A stretch of DNA of 64,000 nucleotides, taken from NCBI GenBank assembly GCA_017464805.1, contig JAFTYE010000016.1, positions 180,167 to 244,166 of the forward strand. Reading direction: 5' to 3'. Both the position numbers and the translations under genes were made by a program. Below the pieces are notes generated by a model. That model saw nothing but the letters and a program-made list of their open reading frames with translations, had not been told where the DNA came from and did not search any database. This DNA is from Clostridia bacterium. Lineage in GTDB: Bacteria > Bacillota > Clostridia > Oscillospirales > CAG-272. Below are positions 25,220-33,607 of the stretch, one piece after another (positions within the stretch are counted from its first letter, which is position 1; each line of letters begins with the position of its first letter).

Positions 25220-26503
25220 TTATTTTGCGATGGCTTTTTCCTTTACCAGATCCATGGCGGCCTTCACCTTCATGTCGACGGTGATGCCGTCCTTTGCGAT
25301 CAGCTCCTTCACCTTATCAACGGGCATGTTGTAGGCTTCGGCGATGCGCTTGTATTCTGCCTCCACTTCCTTGGCGGAAACGGTCAGCTTCTCCTGCTTT
25401 GCGATCTTTTCAAGTGCCAGACGGATCTTGACCTGCTTCTCGGCCTGAGGACGCAGCTGCTCCTTCAAGGTTTCGAGCGTCATGCCGGTATACTTGAAGT
25501 AGGTAGCTAGATCCAGACCCTGCATTCTCATGCGGCTCTCGTAATCACGAACGAAGTTGTCGGTCTCCTCCTCGAACATAACGGCGGGGATGTCAGCCTC
25601 CATCTTCTCGATCAGGGTGTCCATGATCTTTTCCTCAAAGGCATTCTCGGCTGCCTTGGCGGCTCTCTCTTCGAGTTTCGCCCGAACGTCGGCGCGATAT
25701 TCAGCAAAGGCGTCGAATTCGGAAACGTCTTTTGCGAATTCATCGTCTGCCTCGGGAAGCTCATTTTCCTTGATGCCATTCAGCTTGACCTTGAACACGG
25801 CAGCCTTACCAGCAAGGTTCTCTGCGTGATAGTCGGCGGGGAAGGTTACATTTACGTCGAACTCCTCGCCGATCTCGTGACCGGCAACCTGATCCTCAAA
25901 GCCGGGGATGAACTGGCCGGAGCCGAGCTTCAGATCAAACTTTTCAGCCTTGCCGCCGTCAAAGGGAACACCGTCTACGGAGCCGTCGAAGTCCATGTTT
26001 ACGCTATCGCCGATCTTGGCGGCGCGGTCGGTCACGTCCTTTACGCGGGCATTGCGCTCACGTGCACGGGTGATCTCGGCATCAACGGCCTCGTCGGTCA
26101 CCTCGTCAACCTTCTTTTCCACTTCCATGCCGAGGTAGTTCTCGATCTTCACGTCGGGCTTTACGTAAACAACAGCCTTCAGAACAAGGCCCTCATCGCC
26201 AACCGAAATGATGTCAAACTGGGGTTGGCCGACAATGTCCAACTTGGACTCCTTTACAGCACCCTCGTATGCCTCGGGAATGCAGGCGTTGATAGCATCC
26301 TCGTAGAATACGCCCTTGCCGTACATCTTCTCAACCAGCGCACGGGGGGCCTTGCCTTTTCTGAAGCCGGGAACATTAATGTTGGCCGCCTGCTTGCGGT
26401 AAGCTGCATCAACGGCTGCGGCAAAGGTTTCCTTTTCTACGGAAATCTCCAGCTCGTAGCAGTTCTTTTCTGCTTTGGATTTCGTTTTCTTGGACAGACT
26501 CAT
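25220..26503 (-). CDS. tig: trigger factor
   Basis: GFRKGKAP ribosome-binding signature, a central FKBP-like domain, and the tig-clpP-clpX gene order. Confidence 0.95.
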   Translation of the reverse strand: MSLSKKTKSKAEKNCYELEISVEKETFAAAVDAAYRKQAANINVPGFRKGKAPRALVEKMYGKGVFYEDAINACIPEAYEGAVKESKLDIVGQPQFDIISVGDEGLVLKAVVYVKPDVKIENYLGMEVEKKVDEVTDEAVDAEITRARERNARVKDVTDRAAKIGDSVNMDFDGSVDGVPFDGGKAEKFDLKLGSGQFIPGFEDQVAGHEIGEEFDVNVTFPADYHAENLAGKAAVFKVKLNGIKENELPEADDEFAKDVSEFDAFAEYRADVRAKLEERAAKAAENAFEEKIMDTLIEKMEADIPAVMFEEETDNFVRDYESRMRMQGLDLATYFKYTGMTLETLKEQLRPQAEKQVKIRLALEKIAKQEKLTVSAKEVEAEYKRIAEAYNMPVDKVKELIAKDGITVDMKVKAAMDLVKEKAIAK

Positions 26504-26554
26504 GTTTTTTTCCTCCGAAAGTATATGGTAATATTAGTATAAACAAACATTGAT

Positions 26555-26583
26555 ATTGTACCGCATCAAAGCGATTTTGTCAA
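26555..26583 (-). promoter_or_regulatory. sigma-A promoter TTGACA-17-TACAAT for tig
   Basis: Minus-strand -35 at 26583-26578 and -10 at 26560-26555. Confidence 0.6.
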
Positions 26584-26611
26584 GCGTATTCCGCATTTTT
26601 CTCACATTTTG

Positions 26612-27346
26612 TCAGGAAAAATCGGGCAAAATCGGACGCGGGCTGAAATTCAGAAAATCCGCAGAGATTAGGGAAAAGCAAATACCGTCCCATTCGAAGC
26701 TTGGGGGTACGGTATAATTGCTGTGGATGTGGCCGAAATAGCACCGCCGTATCCCGAATTTCTTTAATGTCGCCAGGATCGGCTCGCAGACAAGACCGTT
26801 CCAAACGGGTGGAAAATGCAAAAATACGAGCATTTCCTTTGTAGGATTCGCTTCTGCCAGCTTTTTTCCTGCGGAAAGACTGATCTCTAGGCGGATCGCC
26901 TCTCTTGCTACTAGCTTGTCAAAATCTGTGTCCTTGGGGATGTTTTCGCAGGATTCGTCCTGGTACCATCCGCGTGTGCCGCACAGGATAAAGTCCTCGC
27001 AAAGCCATGCGTTGTTGTTTAAGAGGGAAATGCTGTCAATGCCTTTCTCTAAAAAGAATTTCTCCATTTTCGAGGCAGTCGACCACCAGAAATCATGGTT
27101 CCCCTTGCTGATGTATTTGTGCCCGGGGAGCAAATTCAGAAAGCGAAGATCGCATTCTGCCTCAGGAAGCGACAGTGCCCAGGAAATGTCACCTGGGATG
27201 ACCACGCTGTCCTCGGGATCGACAACCATTCGCCAGTTTTTTTCCAGTTTTTCGGTGTAACCGCTCCATCGTCTTCCGAAAATGTCCATGGACTTGTTCA
27301 TACCCTCGGCCGTGGACAGATGGAGATCGGCAATAACGTATAGCAT
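26612..27346 (-). CDS. metallophosphoesterase (calcineurin-like)
   Basis: MLYVIADLHLS, GDISW and GNHDFWW motifs. GGAGA SD precedes the ATG at 27346. The track's 53-aa N-terminal extension crosses the divergent promoter region. Confidence 0.85.
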   Translation of the reverse strand: MLYVIADLHLSTAEGMNKSMDIFGRRWSGYTEKLEKNWRMVVDPEDSVVIPGDISWALSLPEAECDLRFLNLLPGHKYISKGNHDFWWSTASKMEKFFLEKGIDSISLLNNNAWLCEDFILCGTRGWYQDESCENIPKDTDFDKLVAREAIRLEISLSAGKKLAEANPTKEMLVFLHFPPVWNGLVCEPILATLKKFGIRRCYFGHIHSNYTVPPSFEWDGICFSLISADFLNFSPRPILPDFS

Positions 27347-27427
27347 AGTTTTCTCCGCAAGAATACAAGAATAAAAGAAAGGGGATCGGGCAACAATAAA
27401 AGCATCACAAACCAAGGAGGATGGATC

Positions 27428-27610
27428 ATGGAAACCTATAATCAGGACCACAAATGTAAGCCGATCAAGGGCATCACCTGTGACGTAAAAAACTGTATGT
27501 ACCACGACAAAGAGAATTGCTGTACCGCTGGGGAGATCGCGGTAGGCCCCAGCTACGCCCTTTCCAGTAGTGAAACGGTGTGTGCTACCTTTAAGCCCAA
27601 AGAAGAATAA
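27428..27610 (+). CDS. DUF1540-family small Cys-rich protein
   Basis: ITCDVKNCMYHDKENCCTAGEIAVG...ETVCATF pattern. AAGGAGG SD. Confidence 0.8.
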   Translation: METYNQDHKCKPIKGITCDVKNCMYHDKENCCTAGEIAVGPSYALSSSETVCATFKPKEE

Positions 27611-27620
27611 ACTGATACTG

Positions 27621-27654
27621 GGCAGATGACAGAAATGTCATCTGCCTGATTTTA
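27621..27654. terminator. bidirectional Rho-independent terminator
   Basis: GGCAGATGACA-GAAA-TGTCATCTGCC followed by a T-rich tract. Confidence 0.85.
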
Positions 27655-28548
27655 TTATCCGATATTTTTGTCAATGAATCGTTTTGCATTTTCATAGAAG
27701 AGTTTGTTGATCTGCTCCTCGGTGTACCCGATACGGGTCATTTCGGTGGCTAGGCGCGGCAGGCGATCAACCGATTCAAGTCCCACAGGAGCTGCATCAA
27801 TGCCGTCAAAGTCGCAACCAAGACATACGCAGTCCTCACCGCCGAGAGAGAAGTAGTGCTCGATGTGCGAGAGAACATCGGCGATGCTGCAACGCTCCTC
27901 CCTTGTAGTCAAATGACGGGGAGCCATACTCAGCCCCACCACACCGCCGGATTCCTTGATTAAATTGAAATGAAAATCCGTCAAGTTGCGTCGGTGCGGC
28001 GTTACGACGTAAGAATTGGAATGGGTAGCCACAAAAGGCCTGTTGTACTGCTTGGCGATCTCGGCTACCTCCTCGATCACGCGACGGGAAGCGTGGGACA
28101 CATCGGGAACCACACCAAGTTCAAAGCAACGGCGAACGACCTGCTGTCCAAAGGGCATTAAGGGATCGTCGTTGTCGCAAGCACCGCCGATGAGGGTGGA
28201 GCCGTGCCAAACAAGCGTTAGAAAACGAACGCCTGCGCCGTGTAGCAACTCCAGCCGCTCGATGTCACCGCAAAGCAGACGTGCATCCTCCACCGCAAGG
28301 ATATAAGAGAATTGGGAGGGAAGTACCGCGCGGTCAAGAGCCTCCAAGAAGGAGCGACGCACGTTCCAGAAGGAGGCGTAGCATTCCTGATCGGAGAGGT
28401 TCTTGTCGCTCCAGATCGCACAAACCTGTGTCACGCTGTCAAAGGCGTGCAGACGGCGGGAGGAGATCTGAAGGCGGTCATCCTCGAAGGTCATCTTTTC
28501 ATTATGGATACGATACGGGGTATCGCAGTGCAGGTCAATGAGATTCAT
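27655..28548 (-). CDS. membrane-dipeptidase-family (peptidase M19) protein
   Basis: N-terminal IDLHCDT metal motif and an amidohydrolase-fold His/Asp pattern (SHASR, ATHSN, LGCDFDG). Confidence 0.8.
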   Translation of the reverse strand: MNLIDLHCDTPYRIHNEKMTFEDDRLQISSRRLHAFDSVTQVCAIWSDKNLSDQECYASFWNVRRSFLEALDRAVLPSQFSYILAVEDARLLCGDIERLELLHGAGVRFLTLVWHGSTLIGGACDNDDPLMPFGQQVVRRCFELGVVPDVSHASRRVIEEVAEIAKQYNRPFVATHSNSYVVTPHRRNLTDFHFNLIKESGGVVGLSMAPRHLTTREERCSIADVLSHIEHYFSLGGEDCVCLGCDFDGIDAAPVGLESVDRLPRLATEMTRIGYTEEQINKLFYENAKRFIDKNIG

Positions 28549-28560
28549 AAAACACTCCTT

Positions 28561-28956
28561 TCATGGGCGGAATGCATCCGTCATATGATGGATATTCTGA
28601 ATGACGGAGGGGTCGTCCTTTGATACGTAAACCTCGATCACGTCAAAACGGATCCGTCTACATTTTTTATAATCATTGAGATAATTTCTGGCAGCGGCAA
28701 TAAGATTGCGTTGCTTTTGCCGGGTAACAGCCGCACCGGCACTGCCGTACTTTTCAATATGATGTTCGTTGTAGGTTCGGGTCTTGACCTCAACAAAAAT
28801 CAGATGCTCGGCATCCTCAACGACAAGATCGACCTCATGATGACCGCAAATAAAATTGCGTTCCAGAATGCGGTAACGTTGTTTCTTCAAAAAAAGCGCC
28901 GCTGCCTTTTCTCCAAAGTCGCCTAATTGCCGCCGTTCAGTCTTCACGGCCGTCAC
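28561..28956 (-). CDS. yraN: YraN-family (UPF0102) endonuclease-like protein
   Basis: GEKAAALFLKKQRYRILERNF...EVDLVVED...IFVEVKTR. The GTG start overlaps the rnhB stop. Confidence 0.85.
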   Translation of the reverse strand: MTAVKTERRQLGDFGEKAAALFLKKQRYRILERNFICGHHEVDLVVEDAEHLIFVEVKTRTYNEHHIEKYGSAGAAVTRQKQRNLIAAARNYLNDYKKCRRIRFDVIEVYVSKDDPSVIQNIHHMTDAFRP

Positions 28957-29548
28957 CCAAAAATCCCAAAAAACTACGGCGATGCAAAGGACAAGGGCCG
29001 TATGTACGGAGTGCGTTCATGTGTAGCTTTGTTCCATAACCCTTATGCTTAGCAAATCCGTACATCGGATATTTTTCATCATCCGCAAGACACGCGCGGT
29101 CGCGTGCCACCTTGGCAAGGATGCTGGCCGCGGCGATTGAGCAGGAAAGTGCATCGCCCTTGATGACAGGATATGCGGGGATGGGAAGATCCCGTGCGAT
29201 GTTACCGTCTACGATGGCGAGATCTGCCGCAGGAGAGAGCATAGAGATGGCGCGGTGCATGGCAAGCATGTCGGCGTTCAGAATGTTGATCTCGTCGATC
29301 TCTTCAGGGGTCGCGTGGGCGATGCTGTAGGCAACCGCCTTCTCGCAGATCATGTCAAAAAGAGCTTCGCGTTTTTTTGGTGTGAGCTTTTTGGAATCGT
29401 TCAGCCCGGGAATATCTGCGTCAAGCGGTAAAATGCAGGCCGCGGCATACACGGAGCCCGAAAGCGGCCCGCGCCCTGCCTCGTCCACGCCGCAGACCAG
29501 AGAATAGCCTTCTGCCACGTATTTTTTCTCGATTTCGAAGTTCGGCAT
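28937..29548 (-). CDS. rnhB: ribonuclease HII
   Basis: GVDEAGRGPLSGSVYAAA, DSKKL and GYGT motifs. The internal ATG at 29548 gives a canonical N-terminus. The track extension overlaps rbgA. Confidence 0.93.
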   Translation of the reverse strand: MPNFEIEKKYVAEGYSLVCGVDEAGRGPLSGSVYAAACILPLDADIPGLNDSKKLTPKKREALFDMICEKAVAYSIAHATPEEIDEINILNADMLAMHRAISMLSPAADLAIVDGNIARDLPIPAYPVIKGDALSCSIAAASILAKVARDRACLADDEKYPMYGFAKHKGYGTKLHMNALRTYGPCPLHRRSFLGFLGDGRED

Positions 29549-29567
29549 ATGTCTTTTCCTTTTTGTT

Positions 29568-30428
29568 TTAGGGCATTTCCAGGGTAATACGCCCGATCGT
29601 TGCATGGCGGAACTCGTCCAGCAGCATCGCCGATGCGCGGCGGAAATCGGTTTCACCGCCCGAGATTAGCATGCCGCGCTTGCGGCCAATCAGAGTGAGC
29701 AGATCGTATCCGTCCGAAGAGATAACCTCCTGCTCGGTCAGCTTGTAACGCCTAGCAAGTTGGGCAGGGCAGAGCCCAGCAAGACGGGCACACAGGAGCA
29801 TGGCAAGCTCCTCGGTGTCCAGAATGTTGTCCTTGATCGCGCCTGTAAAGGCGAGGTTTTCGCCCGTCACGCGATCATCAAATTTTGGCCACAGCACGCC
29901 GGGCATGTCCATGAGGTCGATGCCAAGCTCCGTACTGACCCATTGCTTGGAAAGGGTCACACCGGGGCGGTTTTCCACCTTGGTCTTTCCGGAGCCGCAC
30001 ATGCGGTTGATCAACGAGGATTTTCCGACGTTTGGCACACCGGCAATCATGGCGCGCAGACGGCGGCCCTCCATCCCCTTTTCGCGGTAACGCTCGATTT
30101 TCTCGGAAAGAATTTCACGGATGGCATCGGGGATCTTGCGAATGCCGTCGCCGTCTACGCAGTCCGTGAGAACAGCGTGTTCGCCCTTCTTCTTGAACGC
30201 ATCAAGCCATGCTTCATTTCCCTCGGAAGCGGCAAGGTTAGCCTTGTTCAAAAGGGTCAGCATCGGCTTGCCGGCGGCAATTCGATGGATCTCGGGATTG
30301 CGTGAGCTTTGCGGAATACGGGCATCCAGCACCTCGATTAGGATATCTACCTTCGGTAGATTTTCCTGCATCAGGCGTCTGGTCTTGGCCATGTGCCCGG
30401 GGAACCACTGTATCGTTGAGGATGGCAT
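29568..30428 (-). CDS. rbgA: ribosome biogenesis GTPase A (YlqF/RbgA), circularly permuted GTPase
   Basis: IQWFPGHMAKT, G4-before-G1 order (LNKANL ... GVPNVGKSSLIN). Confidence 0.93.
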   Translation of the reverse strand: MPSSTIQWFPGHMAKTRRLMQENLPKVDILIEVLDARIPQSSRNPEIHRIAAGKPMLTLLNKANLAASEGNEAWLDAFKKKGEHAVLTDCVDGDGIRKIPDAIREILSEKIERYREKGMEGRRLRAMIAGVPNVGKSSLINRMCGSGKTKVENRPGVTLSKQWVSTELGIDLMDMPGVLWPKFDDRVTGENLAFTGAIKDNILDTEELAMLLCARLAGLCPAQLARRYKLTEQEVISSDGYDLLTLIGRKRGMLISGGETDFRRASAMLLDEFRHATIGRITLEMP

Positions 30429-30437
30429 AAAAACTCC

Positions 30438-31133
30438 TTACTGAACGGTTCCGAATTTTACAAACAGCGAGGAAAGATCCTGGCCACAAAGGCGGAACAC
30501 AACGCGCCCGATCACCTTGTCCTCATCCACGTAACCAAAGGAACCGCGGCTGTCGTCGGAGATATAGGTGTTATCTCCCATCACGAACAACGAACCATCC
30601 GGAACGGTATAGGTATATTCGCCTGTGTGTGCCTGTTTATTAAAGTAAAGCGGATCGTAGTATCGGTAAGATTCCTTCAACTCTACACCATCTACGGTGA
30701 TGGTGAGTGTATTCACGGTACCGCTTGGTGTGTATTTCAGTTTAACGGTCTGACCGCCCACGGCGATCACTCGTTTTACGATGGCACCCTTATGGAGCTC
30801 GTTTTCAAGATCCTGAAATACGACGATGTCACCCTGTTTCGGCTCGTAGAATAGTCCCGAAACCACCAACTTATCGCCGTCATCAAGCGTACCGACCATA
30901 GACGTGCCCTCCACAGAGGAAAGTCGGACAACGAAGGAGAAGAGGAGAATGATGGCACAGGCGGCCACCACCAGCATCTCCAAAAAGTCAAAAATATCTG
31001 AGGAAAGCTTGGACTTCGTCTGTATTATCTCTCCCGTGCCGAAACTATCATCATCGGCAATGGCGGTCGCGTCCAACTCCTGTGGTGCTTCGCCCGAGGA
31101 AAGCTCCCGGTTCGTATCATTGTTTTTTTGCAT
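30438..31133 (-). CDS. lepB: signal peptidase I
   Basis: TM helix followed by VEGTSMVGTL (catalytic Ser), KRVIAV (catalytic Lys) and GDNTYISDDSR. AAGGAG SD precedes the ATG at 31133. Confidence 0.9.
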   Translation of the reverse strand: MQKNNDTNRELSSGEAPQELDATAIADDDSFGTGEIIQTKSKLSSDIFDFLEMLVVAACAIILLFSFVVRLSSVEGTSMVGTLDDGDKLVVSGLFYEPKQGDIVVFQDLENELHKGAIVKRVIAVGGQTVKLKYTPSGTVNTLTITVDGVELKESYRYYDPLYFNKQAHTGEYTYTVPDGSLFVMGDNTYISDDSRGSFGYVDEDKVIGRVVFRLCGQDLSSLFVKFGTVQ

Positions 31134-31186
31134 GGTAAAAGCACTCCTTGCTCGTGTATATCGGAATATATGTTTTAACAAATATT

Positions 31187-31215
31187 ATTATAGCATGACA
31201 AAATGAAATATACAA
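31187..31215 (-). promoter_or_regulatory. sigma-A promoter TTGTAT-17-TATAAT for the lepB operon
   Basis: Minus-strand -35 at 31215-31210 and -10 at 31192-31187. Confidence 0.5.
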
Positions 31216-31237
31216 GAAGATTTTTTTGAAAAAAGAC

Positions 31238-31266
31238 TTGATTTTTTGAAAATGGGGTGTTATAAT
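31238..31266 (+). promoter_or_regulatory. sigma-A promoter TTGATT-17-TATAAT (TGn extended) for rplS
   Basis: -35 at 31238-31243 and -10 at 31261-31266. It is followed by a 5' leader of about 85 nt. Confidence 0.6.
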
Positions 31267-31355
31267 ACCATAGGTATGCTATGGCATGACTAAAAACCGA
31301 ACAGTCCTCTGCGTTGCTCCGCATGAATGTTCGAGGATAAAGGAGGAATCATCAC

Positions 31356-31697
31356 ATGGATATGATTCAGGCTTTTGTGAATGAGCAGATGAAGACCGAG
31401 CTTCCTAAATTCAATATTGGTGACACCATTCGCGTGCACAATAAGATCAAGGAAGGCGAGAAGGAGAGAATCCAGATTTTCGAGGGTACCGTTATTGCAA
31501 AGCGTAACGGCGGCATTTCCGAGACCTTCACGGTAAGACGTGTCGCTTACGGTGTCGGTGTCGAGAAGACCTTCCCCATCCACTCTCCCAATGTTGCAAA
31601 GGTTGATGTCGTTCGTGTGGCGAAGGTTCGCCGTGCGAAGCTGTTCTACCTGCGTGACAGAGTTGGTAAGGCAGCCAAGACCAAGGAATTGATCTAA
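31356..31697 (+). CDS. rplS: 50S ribosomal protein L19
   Basis: [34 protein letters not shown]...TFTVRR is a canonical L19 sequence. Confidence 0.97.
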   Translation: MDMIQAFVNEQMKTELPKFNIGDTIRVHNKIKEGEKERIQIFEGTVIAKRNGGISETFTVRRVAYGVGVEKTFPIHSPNVAKVDVVRVAKVRRAKLFYLRDRVGKAAKTKELI

Positions 31698-31712
31698 CTG
31701 ACCCAACGAAAA

Positions 31713-31750
31713 GAAAAAACGCCGTTACTTCCCGTAACGGCTGTTTTTTT
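31713..31750. terminator. bidirectional Rho-independent terminator
   Basis: GCCGTTAC-TTCCC-GTAACGGC with an A-run and a T-run. Confidence 0.85.
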
Positions 31751-31756
31751 CAGAAT

Positions 31757-32098
31757 TTATGCCATTTCCTCCGATAGCCTTTTGCCGCCGAGGATATGAA
31801 AATGCAGATGTCCGACCGACTGGCAAGCATCGGGACCGCAGTTGCTGATTACGCGGTATCCGTTCGAGAGCCCGACGGTTTTAGCGATCTCGGGAATTCT
31901 CTTGAAAATGTGGGCAACGATGTCGCAGTTCTCGGCATTCACCTCATCCACAGATGGGATATGCGCACGGGGAATCACCAGCACGTGTACGGGAGCCTGG
32001 GGATTGATGTCGCGGAAGCACAGGATCTTCTCGTCCTCGTAAACGCGATCGGAGGGGATTTCGCCTGCGGCGATTTTGCAAAAAAGACAGCTTTCCAT
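31757..32098 (-). CDS. HIT-family (histidine triad) nucleotide-binding protein
   Basis: CLFCKI and the histidine triad HLHFHILGG. AAGGAG SD lies 8 nt before the ATG at 32098. Confidence 0.9.
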   Translation of the reverse strand: MESCLFCKIAAGEIPSDRVYEDEKILCFRDINPQAPVHVLVIPRAHIPSVDEVNAENCDIVAHIFKRIPEIAKTVGLSNGYRVISNCGPDACQSVGHLHFHILGGKRLSEEMA

Positions 32099-32181
32099 TG
32101 GTAACACTCCTTTTCTATAATTGACTTGTTGGACTTATTATAGCAAAACCTTTTGACAAAAACAAGGGATGGGCCAAAAAA

Positions 32182-33255
32182 ATGCAAGAAAACAAATTGA
32201 TCCTTCCCGAAGGGGAAGATATATGGACAACGCTATCAAAAGAGGAGCGTCCTCTTGTCGTGTACGGCATGGGCAACGGCGCGGACAAGCTTTTTGATAA
32301 ACTTGCCAAGATCGGCAAAACGCCCGCCGCCGTCTTTGCAAGCGACGGATTTGTACGCGGCCAGTCCTTTCGCGGCTACCGTGTGCAATCACTTGCCGAA
32401 ATCGAGGCAACTTACCCCGATTTTGTGATCCTTGTATCCTTCGCTACACGTCTGTCCAAGGTGATGGAACAGATTTTCTCCCTTGCCAAGCGGCACCCCC
32501 TGTATTTACCGGATATGCCGGTGGTAGGAAAGACCTATTTTACACGCGAATTTATGGAAGCGCACGCATGCGAGCTTGCCGCCGTGTACGAGCGGCTTGC
32601 GGATAATCTTTCCCGTCGGATATTTTCCGCCGTTCTTTCCTATAAGCTCACGGCGGATGTCTTCTATCTCAAAGAGGCATATTCGACCGCGAACGAGGAG
32701 AATTTCTGCTTTGCAGACAGAACCGTGCGCACCGCCATCGACGGGGGTGCTTATAGCGGAGACACCGCGAGGGAAATGCTGGAATCCTTTCCCGAAATTG
32801 TACGCATTATCGCCGTAGAACCTGACCCAAAAACATTCATAAGGCTACAAAAATTTGCGGCAGATCACAAAAATGTTCATCCTATACAGGCCGCACTCTG
32901 GAATGAGGTCGGGGATGCGGAGTTTTCCTCGGGCGGTAACCGAAACTCCTCACTTGTCGGCGCGTCCTACGAGCATCGCGAGATTATCACGCCGCTTGTG
33001 TCGGTTGATATGCTTGCCGGGGAAAAGATCGACTACATCAAATACGATGTAGAAGGTGCAGAGCGCGAAGCCCTGCTCGGAAGCCGCGAAACCATCCTGC
33101 GTGACCGTCCTGCTCTCGGCATCTCCCTCTATCACCGAAGTGAGGACCTATTTGCATTACCACTTCTTTTGGACAGCATCCGTTCCGACTATACGTTTTA
33201 TTTGCGTAGACGGAATTGCCTGCCTGCGTGGGAGATCATGCTATATGCCGTTTGA
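32182..33255 (+). CDS. FkbM-family SAM-dependent methyltransferase with an N-terminal Rossmann-like domain
   Basis: IDGGAYSGDT, IAVEPDPKTF and IDYIKYDVEGAEREAL match FkbM signatures. The SD is weak. Confidence 0.8.
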   Translation: MQENKLILPEGEDIWTTLSKEERPLVVYGMGNGADKLFDKLAKIGKTPAAVFASDGFVRGQSFRGYRVQSLAEIEATYPDFVILVSFATRLSKVMEQIFSLAKRHPLYLPDMPVVGKTYFTREFMEAHACELAAVYERLADNLSRRIFSAVLSYKLTADVFYLKEAYSTANEENFCFADRTVRTAIDGGAYSGDTAREMLESFPEIVRIIAVEPDPKTFIRLQKFAADHKNVHPIQAALWNEVGDAEFSSGGNRNSSLVGASYEHREIITPLVSVDMLAGEKIDYIKYDVEGAEREALLGSRETILRDRPALGISLYHRSEDLFALPLLLDSIRSDYTFYLRRRNCLPAWEIMLYAV

Positions 33256-33607
33256 ATTTGGAAAATATGTGATCTGCCTTGAAATAAAGCGTGATAATTC
33301 CTGCTCCGAAGGGGATGAAGCTGTTGCGATTGCGGCCGAGGAGGGAGAGCTGTGCATCCTCTCGGAGAAAGGCATGGACATTCATGCCGTGGTCGGAAAG
33401 GTGTCGGACCTTTGTGCGGAGGTGGAGCTGATCGGTCTGCGACACTATTCGGTCGTGTATGACGGAAAATTCTTTCACCTACCGCTAGGACAAACGGAAA
33501 GCTATTCCTTCCGACGGGAAAACGGTGAACGGATTTTCGTTCGTCTTTCCTATCGAAGAAACGAAAACGGCTTTGCCGAGAAGGAGACAATATGCCGGAG
33601 TTGTTAG
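33245..33607 (+). CDS. hypothetical 120-aa protein, translationally coupled at both ends
   Basis: Its ATG at 33245 overlaps the fkbM-like stop (ATGCCGTTTGA), and its stop overlaps the U32 start by 16 nt. It is the internal portion of track ORF 33056..33607. Confidence 0.5.
   Translation: MPFEFGKYVICLEIKRDNSCSEGDEAVAIAAEEGELCILSEKGMDIHAVVGKVSDLCAEVELIGLRHYSVVYDGKFFHLPLGQTESYSFRRENGERIFVRLSYRRNENGFAEKETICRSC

Noticed and set aside
26612-27505. N-terminal extensions offered by the ORF track for several genes: 26612-27505, 28937-29656, 41213-42823, 42760-43344, 46287-47210, 58816-59517, 60823-62016, 18795-20687 and 810-1100.
   Set aside because: In each case an internal start with a good SD gives the canonical family N-terminus. 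The extension overlaps a neighbouring gene, a promoter or a terminator.
31268-31284. Hairpin CCATAG-GTATG-CTATGG as part of the rplS leader structure.
   Set aside because: It begins 2 nt after the -10 hexamer, so the predicted TSS falls inside it and the full stem is unlikely to be transcribed.
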